64,000 bases of DNA from assembly GCA_964304625.1 (NCBI GenBank), contig OZ199838.1, forward strand, positions 8,949,537 to 9,013,536. Reading direction: 5' to 3'. Shown here piece by piece: positions 13,975 to 25,434 of the stretch. Source of the DNA: Kudoa neothunni (Eukaryota > Animalia > Cnidaria). The position numbers and the translations under genes were made by a program. A model generated the notes under the pieces. The model did no database searches. It was given only the letters and a program-made list of their open reading frames with translations, and had not been told where the DNA came from. Each line of letters starts with the position of its first letter. Within the stretch, counting starts at the first letter, position 1.

Positions 13975-15901
13975 TTAAAGAGCATTAATGAAATTCCGAG
14001 GATCAGTATATTGTCGTTTCCAGGTCCAAATTAATATCAGAAATGGCGGAACCAATGATATAATAGACAACACAAAAGTTGTTATTATAAATGCGTATTT
14101 ATGTCCATCTGAAAATAAGAATTTTCTTTTAATTTTATCGTCGCGGAGGTTCGATTTGATAATCGTAGACCAAATAGTTTTGATAGTTTCGGCGTAACTG
14201 ACACTGCCTTTGGAGTAAATTATTGATGTTATGGAAGTAATGTCAGGCGTAAATGACGATGAAGTTGTTTCTGAGACTTTGCTAATAGTTAAGAATACCA
14301 CTGAAGTTATTGATTTTTGTTGTTCGCTGTGGAAATATAAGAGCAAAAAATAAATGGTATTTACCTGATAGTCCCTTCGATATCCAAAAATATGGAACCG
14401 AAAAATGAGTCAGCAAATAAATATATGTACATGTTGTTTTTATATAAATTTGGCCTTAAAACATTGATGCACATTTATATTAATTAAAAAATGTACATAC
14501 TCTGGTCTAAGACGTATAATGGTATCTTGGTCTTCCAATAAGGAGTCACTTAGCAGTGCGTAAATTACGCCCAAATTGAAGCATTCAAGCAAATGATTTT
14601 TAACTCCCTAAAGAGAATTTTGAGTTGAACCATATTTAGAGGCATTCTACATCATTTTTTATTCTTGAATTATAGGAGCACTTTTCAGCTCCATACTTAA
14701 GTAATGCTCGTTTCAAGCCACTATTTTTTATCCCCTCAAAATTAAAATAATCATTAAAAATCTACATTTAATCAGAAAATCTCCGTTTAAATGTAATACG
14801 TGGATTTCTTTGATCTCTTTTGAGATAATTTTTTTATTAACAGTTGAAAAATTACAGGGTTTTTCGTTTTGACACACATTTCTATTGCGTATAATGGATT
14901 TGATCAGTATGCTGCAGGCCTCAATGTTAAATTTTCCAAAAAATATAGCATTGACTTTGTTTATTGGTTCCATTATACAGTCGTGACTTATACTTCCCAT
15001 GTTAACGTGTTCGTTAAAACCATTTATAACACAGGGGTGAAAAATCTCTAGGTTATTGTAGCTAGTGCCTGAATTTAGTTGTTCCTATTTATTCATATTT
15101 ATTGTTATTAGTTAAACATTTGCATACTCTAGTTAGTTGGTGATACGTTTCTAGAATTACATTGTCCACAGCCAAACAATAGAATTCATTTACCAATGCC
15201 GAGTATTTTTGACTTCCGATGTAAAATTTCTTTACAATCCAATCATCATATAGTTGCGGATTATTTGTTAAAAACCCAATAGAGAATTTTTTAAAGGATA
15301 ATCTGATAAATGGTGTTGACACTAAATTCTATCAGAAATTATTAATAAATATGTATGATACCAATTTCTCTGTCTTCTACCTTATAATTATATTTTAAAA
15401 GGTCAATCAAACCACTGATTTGTTCGTTTACTCTAAACTGACTATTTAAGTTATCCTGTAGTTTTTAAATTGGGTAATCTTCTCTGTGTCTTTATCCAAA
15501 ATCTTGTTGTATTCCTCTTCAGTATAACTTTGAATAAAATTTTAATTCTAAATAAGATTTAAAAAGTATACTTATAGCTGAATTCCAACGAATAGACATA
15601 ATTCAGCACGACTTCGTGTTTTTCATTAGTATCCCATTCACATTCATTAGCAGCTTCACGAACGCACCATTTTATTGCCCAATCAACTAACAAATATTAA
15701 TATTTTTGATATAGTTTCATATTTATTAAAAATCATGTTTTTATCTATTTGGCTAAAAAATTTTTATGGATCAATTAAATTCGTATTTTATTGCGAAGGC
15801 ATGTGTAGTGTTGATATATCTCCAATCGGAAAGCCAACGTGTGCACATAAAATAAATGAAACGGTTAAGCTTGCAACGAGTTTTTGCCCAAATTTATCCA
15901 T
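13975..15901 (-). pseudogene. CD39/GDA1 (NTPDase/apyrase)-fold membrane protein gene, catalytically degenerate; possibly a pseudogene or an assembly-error copy
   Basis: About 10 exons joined by ~40 nt introns give MDKFGQKLVASLTVSFILCAH... DWAIKWCVREAANEC... KYSALVNEFYCLAVD... IFHPCVINGF..HDC..FGKFNIEAC..VCQNEKPCNF... KCSYN..HLLECFNLGVIYALL, then a Ser/Thr-rich stalk, a C-terminal TM helix and a short tail (ORF 13975-14346). Cysteine spacing parallels the CD39 C-terminal lobe. The model needs a 1 nt frameshift at 15462-15466 and two non-GT donors. Confidence 0.65.
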
Positions 15902-17753
15902 AATAAAGAAATGAATTTAATGAGAGTTTTTATTTTCACCTTAAAACTTCATTAATTCAAATATTTTTTACTGAAAAATTTAATTTATATGTTATTATAA
16001 AGCTTTATCCAACAAATTTTAACCAAATGGAGTTTTGCGCGTCTTTTACGACACCTTAAAAATTTCGTCATATTTTTTAACTTAAATATATTAGAAGTGC
16101 GCCACTTGGGGCAATCTTAAAAATATATAGACATTTTATAGTAAATAATTAATTCTACCATCCCTATATCATTGGACTTTTACGTTAGATGACTTTTGAG
16201 TTCAATACCGCGGATTTTTTTTCTTTCGCATAATTTTCTGAATTTGTTTAATGTATATGTACAAAAAATCTTAAATTAGATAGATAATACGAAAATATAG
16301 TAATTTAAAATATGATATTTACATTGATCTCACATTTATTACGAAATCACCTTCGGGGTAAAACCACATAGGAGGGATTTCTAATTCGTGCAAAAGACCT
16401 TCGGTTATAAAAATTAAAATAATATTAATTTTCTATTGATTAAATAAATCTTTTGAGTGGAATTAAATTTGTCCGTGATGTATTGAAACTGCGAAGCTAA
16501 ATATTGTAATATCGATGTTTTTTGCTTTAATTAATAATGAACTTTTTTTGTACAAATAGTGTTATTATTACAGAGAGATTCATTATTATTGTCTTTCTAA
16601 ATCAGCGGATATTTACTTCAGAACGTCAAAATAGCTGAACATGAATCACATTAATTTTTTTAAATAGTTTTAATACACATTGAGGTCGCCTTAAGGAGGA
16701 ACTGGTTAAGGGTCATATAAATATTTGACAATGCTTTATCATTTATCTCGTAACAATAGATGAATTATTTAAAAAAATATAAATAATAAATTTTATATAA
16801 AATTAAAGTCGAAACATAATGTTATTAGACAATTCATTAGATTTATATTGATAAAAATACAGTAAACGATGACATTTAGCTTTCAAATCACGCTCATGAA
16901 AAAACTAATTGTTACTCAATGAAAATTATTATAATAAAATATTTTCTTTCGGCACTTTAAAAATAGTATTAAGCTGATTTAGCCTATAAAATAACAGGTT
17001 AATATTAAAGTTAGCTGTAAAAATTTCATTTAAATTTAATTGCGCCTATAATTTTTCGTGGTAAATAATTTTGATAATTTAATTGCGATTAACAAAAGTA
17101 TCTTAAATTAACAACATATTAATGAAGAAAATATTTACATTCCCTGCTAATTTAATGTAAATTATGTTACGAATAGGCATGACTAAATATTCTAAGCATG
17201 AAATTATTGTAAAATATTTTGTTAATTGTATTATTAGTTTGAATAAAAATAACCGAAGAAAAAATTCTAAGGACAATTTATTATTTTTTTTACATCGGAG
17301 TTGTATAAATATGACGCGTTATTTCTTGTCCCACAAAATCTAGTAACACCTTCACCTTGATCAAAATATGTAAATTATCATCTTTTATGCATAATCATTG
17401 ATTTTTTTAATTTATAAATCCTATTATTATGGAATACAGTCGTTTAAATTTGTTTGGATTAAATATTCATAATTATAGATTTTAACTAAATGTAATAACG
17501 TTCGTGTAACGTACATAGTGTTAATGAAACAAAATAATTTTAATAAAATTTATTACTAACTAAGCTTCGTTCTTGCTATGGTTTTGAGCTAAACTTCTGT
17601 AGAAAGATAAAGATACTACTTGAATTGCATAAATAAAGGCTATAGAATACGTAATAGAATAATTTGTTTAATTTACTATGTTCACATTGGCATACATAAT
17701 CGCAAAGATAACAAAAATTTCATAATTGTAATAAAAAAATATTATGATTACTA

Positions 17754-18364
17754 CCGGGTTTTTACTCAGAATACGGACTGTGTGGAATTCAAATCCGGAT
17801 TTGGAGTGACCAAGATGCCTAAAAGAATCGAAAATCCAAACTCAACTAGCGAAATTTCGTTATATCTTGTCATTCAGAAGGGTAAATCACCGAAATAAGT
17901 TTCTCAAGATTTAAAAATTCCACGCTCTACACTGAACGATATTATTAAAAAATACGACTTAAGTAAACTCACTTAAAAGATCAAAAGAGTAGAACAAAAA
18001 ACACCAAATTAACGAGTGATGTTCAATAAAGGCTTCTTTCTATCATTGTGGATGATCGCACTATCACTCTGAGAGGAATTATTGAAAAACTTGGAATACA
18101 AGTCTTCAATTCTACCTTATATAAATAACTTAAAAAGTCAAATATAACTTTTCAAATGACGAGGCCGATTCCTAAGAGTAGAAATTGTTCTAGCGTAAAA
18201 GCAGAAAGGTTAGAGTATGCCAACTGGTATACTGGAATCCCCCATCAACTTAATATAGCGGTTTTTTCGAGTTGAGTTTGGATTTTCAATTCTTTTAGCC
18301 ATCTTGGTTACTCCAAATCTGGATTTGAATTCCACGCAGTTCGGATTTAGAGTAAAAACCCCGG
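17754..18364 (+). mobile_element. Tc1/IS630-like deletion derivative with ~100 bp TIRs and TA TSD
   Basis: TA|CCGGGTTTTTACTC...GGAATTCAAATCCGGATTTGGAGT...CCAAACTCAAC has an inverted copy at ~18265-18364|TA. The internal remnant MPKRIENPNST...KIPRSTLNDIIKKY...DDRTITLRGIIEKL..STLYK is a paired-HTH transposase N-terminus; the DDE domain is deleted. Confidence 0.9.
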
Positions 18365-20632
18365 TATTATTTCATTCATTTACAATAATTTTTTTAATTG
18401 TTAGGACAAAGTGTGAATACATCTAACTATGAGAGAATTTTAATACAAATACCTTGGTATAATTAAAGCGAAAATTCATATCTATTTTTGTGCAACCTGC
18501 CATTAATTCGGAACGGAGGTGCTAATGGTTAACAGCTTATAACCTATGCTTAAAAAACCGTTAATCATAAAAAAACAAAATCTTACGAAATTATTGTTAA
18601 ATTTTAATGTAATACGTTTTTACTGTATGTAACTTACGAGGTTTTGTAGTTATTCCGTTAATTCCTTATTGAGAAATATTCTCCTGTTTTTTATATTTAT
18701 TATATTCAAATCGAATTAGTGGCGTATAGGGTAATGCTAATATTTAGTTATTTAATTTTTTTAATCAATTTAGGAAAATTTCCTACATTTAATTCAAATT
18801 TTTGATAATCGTTTACGTTAATTATTGGATTAATGGAATAAGTGTTAAGTATATATTATACAAATAAAAAACAAATAATTATAAGTACATAAATTACATA
18901 TGGATAAAAAATTTTTAACTAAACAAAAAAAACTATTTTTTTAATGTTAAAATAACTCCATAGTAGGAGATTAATAAAAGAAGATCGTCGGGTCAAAGTA
19001 ATTAGTTATCGGTTATTATTCAATGTTTTAATACATGGCTTCAAAAAGTTTGTCGCAATAAATAATGGTCATAATAAGTAATGTAAATTTTGGTTTTTTA
19101 ACTAGTTAGAGTACAATCATTGCTCGTCAGTCAAAAGAGGATGCGTGAGAGAATTTACATGAAAACCCCGTTTTACAATCACCTTTATTCTTTCGTTTAT
19201 TATAATTTTCTCAATCAATCAAAATAATTTTGTAATTCAGTTTAAAAAATACGATTACGAAATTTTCTGTAGAAAATATTTGGATTCCGCATCATGCGTG
19301 TACAAAGATATATTACGTGAACAGTGTCCAATATGGATGTTCAATTTGTCTACCAAATCCTTTTCATCATCATCAAGCAATTTTATTCTGTCGTAACAAA
19401 TGAACACATCCTGAGTCATTCCTTTGACTACCACTATTCCATACTTATGAATTTAGTTTAAATTTTGGAGTAAAAAATAGTAGTAATTACTTGTAAATTT
19501 TGATTATCCGTTGAAACTAATAAAGCGCACAACAAGAAACTTTTAATAATATGGTAAGCCAATGGTTTCGTCATCACTATTTCATTACGATTAGAAATAT
19601 TATTATTAACAACAAATTTTAATTTATGATGAAGCTTAGGTTTAATAAGTTAAATTTTGGAAGAAATATGGCCACAACCGAATTAAAATTGTTTTCATAT
19701 ATATATTTTTATTTCTATTGTCTAATCTATTCTAAATTTTAAATAAAGAACTTTAAAAATTCGGAATCGTTGAGCTGTATATTATTTGTGACTACTAAGA
19801 AGATCCAGATCTTAACTCATACCTGAAATGTTTTATAGTTTCTTAATGGGATCTGTGTAGATATTTTTGTCTTGATCTGTTTAAAAATATACGAAAATAG
19901 GATTTTCAAGTTATCAAAAAATTTTATTGACAAAACATTTAAAAAGTCACACATCACTGAATAAACTGATGATCAATAATCTGATCTGATGCTGCTTTGC
20001 GATCATGCGTATCGAACCTGACATACAGTAGAGAACCACTAATTCACAATCCCCTCGGGAAAGGGAAGTCACTATTTACAGGTCGGTGACGATTAATTCA
20101 TAATAATTTTTGTACGTGCAAGAGATAAACATACAATGAAATATTGATTTGTTGTATTTAATTTTTAAGAATTACCAAAATTATCTGTTATTTTTATGAG
20201 CTGTTAAATATGGTCATATGCATAAGACTCTAGTTTAGCCAGCTCCATCACTTGCAGAGTGACCGGCGATTTTGACAAATATTTTCAAATTTTAACAAGC
20301 ATTAAAGCGTCTTTAGAAGGGAATTAAGGATCCATGGGATTATCTTCTATCTCTAAAAATTGGCATGACTTTCCGTATGATATAATCTTTAAATTACCAC
20401 ATACTGGGAACCAGGACTGCCAGGGCTTGAATTTTTTGTGGTCACCTTGGGTTCTTGGAGGCTTTTTTTATTTTTTACAACATCTTGGGTTTTTACTGAA
20501 AATCTATAAACGTTGATTAATAACACAAAATTTTATACATGGGACATTAATATTTATATTTGTATAACGTATCCTATTCAGATTATATATTGCAGGGTTT
20601 AAACATTTACTATTTTTAACGGCAGACTATAA

Positions 20633-20953
20633 AGGGATGGTCAAACCGAGGCTCGCGAGCCGCATATGGCTCTTGGAAGTTGAAATTCGGTTTTTGAAAA
20701 ATTTACATTTGACTTATCGTTTCATTAAATTTTGCTCATAAAGTTATTTGGATACTTTGAAAGTCATAGGATCATGCAGTTATCCGGAATAAGAACGCAT
20801 GAATTTAATATCGATTCACTATTAATAAAAACGTATAGACAAAATATAAATATAATAACAAATCCTGAAATTTAAATTTTACTTCTAGTGGTTCCGAAAG
20901 ATTTGAATTTCGTTGAATGCAGCTTCTATTTTGATTAAGTCCGGCCACCCTTG
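20633..20953. mobile_element. hAT (Charlie-type) MITE
   Basis: Left AGGGATGGTCAAAC followed by GGCTCGCGAGCCGCATATGGCTC; right GTCCGGCCACCCTTG. Flanks GACTATAA/GCCTATTA match 6 of 8. Confidence 0.6.
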
Positions 20954-21479
20954 GCCTATTAGATTGTTTAACTTAATACGATTCCATAATTACTCAGTAA
21001 ACATTGTTGTACATTATTAGAAAATGTAAACGTTACTTTACAATATATCTTGAATTATGAGGTAATTAATTGTGAGTATACTGATCTATACTAGACATTA
21101 AGTAAGAGTAAATGTTCGCGCCAAATAATTTTAAAAAGACGACAAATTTAAATTTAACGTCTGAAGACGTAATTATTGGATCGGAAGAAGGTTAAAAAAT
21201 TTAATAAATACGATTCTCTTTTTTTATTGTACTTTAAAGTAATGTTTCCTCGACTTTGGGTTTTTAACCTCCGCTGGCATCCCTGCTGGGAACAAACTTT
21301 ATTCGTTGTCTAATTCATCGGTTGCTTGTCGAGTTGCAAGATTATGTGGAAATGCAATTTGGTTAGAACTTACTCGTTTATTTTCCGAGGTCGTTAAGCG
21401 GAAACCAGATTTAGGAAAGCAATTAACACTTGTTTCAAGATTAATGAATTTTAAGACTCCTTAATCAGAGCCATTGCTT

Positions 21480-21900
21480 CCAGCATATTTACAGATTTTA
21501 TGTTCACTCATATACTTCAATATGAAGTGTATACCGTCTTACTAGGTATTTTCGAAAAGTTTGTTTAATAAAATGAATGAGATCTAAATCCATTAGTAAT
21601 AGGGCTGAAATAGTGATACTGGGAAAGTAGACCATTTGTAGGTTAAAAAGGTGGATTAAAGTATATTTTCTAAAGATATGACAATGATAAGGCAGAGGTG
21701 ATGTCATCTATTCCTGGTGGGTTTAAGTTGTCGATAAATGATAAAAAAGTCGTTAAGCAATTTTTATAAACGCTTTGCGGCTACAATTCCGTATTTGTTC
21801 TCATCATCGACAAGAGAAACAAAATTTAAAGAATTCCGCTTTTAAGTTAGAACGTATATTTATACATAATGTATTGAGATGAAACATGAAACTCTTTTCC
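21480..21900 (-). pseudogene. pogo/Tigger DDE_1 transposase remnant
   Basis: LQMVYFPSITISALLLMDLDLIHFIKQTFRKYLVRR resembles the FLPPNTTS.LQPMDQGII..FK..YRK motif. Confidence 0.55.
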
Positions 21901-22370
21901 AGAATATTTTTTTCTAAATATGAAATTTGAGACGTAACCAGAAAGAGATTATTGATTCTTTTTGATAGCACTTCTATATTTCCTTAATGACACTCGTACT
22001 GAGTTGACAACTAACACCCTTAAATGAGTTTGGGGTCACTTTTGACACTAGGATAAAAACAATAGTTTTACAAATAAATTACTTAATCAAAACGGCACAC
22101 ATTTGAAAATTTTTAAAATATAGTTATATAATTATAATTTTGGATGCCAATTTCACGCAATATTGAAAAATAGGACTTACACATAGGTTTCATTACAATT
22201 TTAGTGAAAAATTGAGCGTTTGTTATTATGCTCTCTAGGGCAAATGGAATATCTTTGTCTTTAATTTAAATGTCGTTTTTAGCGATATTTGATTCTGGTT
22301 AGTTATATTGTCAACTCCATATTCATTTGGGATTTCCTCAACGAAACTAACATTATATTTTCTTATTGTT

Positions 22371-25300
22371 CAGGGGTGGGAAATTATATTTTTACAGAGG
22401 TCGTATTAATATGAAGAAAATAAATTTGACTACATAGGTCAGGAAAAAAATTACTGTAAAACAACTTAATATTAAAGTAAACTGAACTTCACTTTAACTA
22501 AAATTTAATAAAAAATATAAATTTGATTTTTTGAGTACTGCACAGGTATAATGCCAAATCGACAAACGGCTTTGGGTTAGTATATATAAATAAATTCATT
22601 TCGTTCAAATCTTTATTAAATACAAGGCATCCGTTATTAATTTTTTTTCCTAAAACCCCCTAGGGTTAAAATTAAACGTTTTGTGAATGAATTCTGCGTT
22701 TAATTGGTTTTTCAATAATTTTTGTAATTATAATAGGACGCAGCAAAAAATATTTCGAGCTTATTTTTGTTCACAAACATCAAAAAATTAAATGACTTAC
22801 TTTTTAATTGATTTTTATATAGATTATTGAGTTAGGTAGTTTGTAGTGTCGTAATTTCATTGCTTAAAGTAGAGTTAATCTGTTTATAACAGTGTTTCCC
22901 ACCGAAGGGGCCTAGAAATTTTTAAACGTTTGATGAATCGCTATGGTGGGATGCAGAAAATCCTGAGTATTGGTGTGTCAGAGATGATGGTGAGGTAATT
23001 GGGAAATATGACGTACTTTGAAGCCAATATCGCTAATTTTTAATTGACGGTTCACATCATAAAAAAATACAAAAAGAAACGAATAATTATATAAAGATTA
23101 ATAAAAATAATTAACGAGTTATTCACCCGAATAGAATCAGAATGGTTTGAATCTCAATCTTGTCTCATTTAGGATAATATATTCCAATTTATTTAAATTT
23201 AATATAATATCGAATAATTTTTTATTTATATTATTTATTCTCCGTTTATTAGCTTCGTATACAGGAATACCTCTCCTAATGAAGGTTGGATCACCACGAG
23301 TTTTATTTGACGTTGTTTTCGACGGAATAAAGAACTAAAGATGTTAATTTTTAAAGTCTGCCTATAAATCAAGATAGATCTGATCGAATAAAATTTAATT
23401 TTAATGAGAACAAAATCTTTATATATTAATTGCCTCCAAATTTTAATGTGACTGGGAGCTTTATTCATGCCTAAAAACCGGTTAAGTTACAAAAATTAAT
23501 ACTTTCTGGAAAGATGGGGCATGGAACTTTTTTCGGGAAAAAGTGGGGCGCCATAAAAAAAAGTTGAGAAACACTGGTTTATAATAAGCGTCATTCCAAA
23601 AAATATAAATAAAAAAGTTTCCTTTTACGATTTTTTGGATTTGTTAACATGCATAACTTTTGTGACGCCGCATACTTCAGTTAACTCATATTCCTCATTT
23701 CTTCAAATAGTCGAGATATTGTTGGCCAAATTTAATAATTACAGTTGTGCAGGGATATAGACATTTTTTTGGAAAAAAGACTCAAATGCGTAATAAACCT
23801 GCTATACTTGATATCCATTGATGGCGCGTGCGTGTATGGCGATTTGATGGGTGCGCGACCTCTTTTTCTGCTTTTTTATTTATCCCCTCGTTGCATTAAT
23901 AATAACTTTAATAGTGTTGGGTCTCAAGCCTTCCACGAATTGGTGCCAAAACGGAATCCCCGCTGCAGCCGTTGAGGTAAGAATTGGAAACCATGTCCTT
24001 CTTTATTCAAAGAATATTTGGTCTCGTTTCTTTATGAATTACACCTCTTGCACTATTCCTTCGATTTGGCGAAGAAACGTGGGGCCAATACACCCCTCAA
24101 CATTGATCACATTATGAAACCTTCTTATTATCGAAAGCGGCGGTACAAATTGTCAGAAATGAAGGCCGGACAACATCGGGATTTAGAGACCCTAACCCTA
24201 TTTAAATTAAGGTTATATTTTGCTTAGGCACTCTCTCGCGCACTTTCAATTAACGTTATGTTTTCTTTTGGCATTTGGCGCGTATGCAACAAATAGAGAC
24301 GTGCAAAATTTTCGTAATAATTTTTGTATTGTTCACAGAGTATTTTTAAAATTAGTAAGGTAATTTAAGACAATTGTTTTTTCAACAAGAAATTTGTTAT
24401 TTCTCTTGTTTTTAACGAAGTTTACTTTATTTTGCAAAAGGAGGAATTTAACTTTGGAATGTGTTCCGGTGTGATGGATCTTGAATATTTTTTTTATTTC
24501 TTTTAGATTTTCTATTTAATTTGTTCATTTTTAGATTAACTCTCGAAGCAAACTCATGGAACTGTCCTCGACCGACAATTTAGGAGTGTTATCTTTCGTG
24601 TCATCCTTTATGACATTGGCTAATTTATTTTTCTATTATATTGTATTCTCTGGACAGCTTTATATTTCTCGTTCTTGGAAGTTCGATCCATTCTTATATC
24701 GAGTAGTTTGAATTTTTTATAATAGTTTTGCGATAAAATCTTAAATCACTTGAAATAAAGTCTGAAAATATTTTTGATTTTATTGATGCAATTGTATTCT
24801 ATTCAATGTGGTGACTGATTTGAGGCCGGGCGCCTAACGATGTTTGCTTTAGAGCCACTCTTAATTCCAAATTTTTCTGACTATTTAATAATCTTCACGT
24901 TTTATTCAAGTAAGCGATAGTTTTTTCTGGTTTCCTACTGCGTATTAACCATGCCAATGTAATCAAACAACAGATTTCAGGCGAGTGATAACCATGAAGT
25001 GTGTAATAAGCATGCAATCCTATTTTTTCCAACGAAAAAATTATTTCTTAATTCTATAATTATATTTATCGATATATTTTACTCCAATCTCATGATTTAT
25101 ATCTATCGTTAATTCATATATTTGAATTTTCGGCACTATTTCTAAAGGTGCGCAATAACCATCCTACCGTGATATCCCTGCGCTACTGTATTTATGTTCC
25201 TAATTGTAAATTTAACTTAAACAGTTATTAAACTTGAATATAAAAATATGGCAGCTTTATGTTTACGAATGAATTAACATTATTATGGACTTTAAAATAT

Positions 25301-25434
25301 CTTAGAGAGGAACTAAAATCCTAATCTATAAAAATAAATAAATTCTATAGTAAATTTTGTTATTGTTACCCGATGGCCGAGTAAAACATCATGAGGCAAG
25401 ACCCTGCCCGTGGACCATATTTTACCCATCTCTG
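22371..25434. mobile_element. hAT-type non-autonomous element nested in the preceding element
   Basis: Left CAGGGGTGGGAAATTATA; right reverse complement CAGAGATGGGTAAAATAT. No clear 8 bp TSD. Confidence 0.45.
22890..23576 (+). mobile_element. hAT MITE with perfect 8 bp TSD (family shared with 31090-31387)
   Basis: GTTTATAA|CAGTGTTTCCCA...TGAGAAACACTG|GTTTATAA. Internal blocks (TTTAAACGTTT.ATGAATCGCT...CCTGAGTATTGG; GGAACTTTTTT..GGAAAAAGTGGG) are shared with the 31090 copy. Confidence 0.9.

Noticed and set aside
23740-24230. GC-richer patch with overlapping short ORFs
   Set aside because: No recognisable domain or splice pattern; it lies inside the nested transposon cluster.
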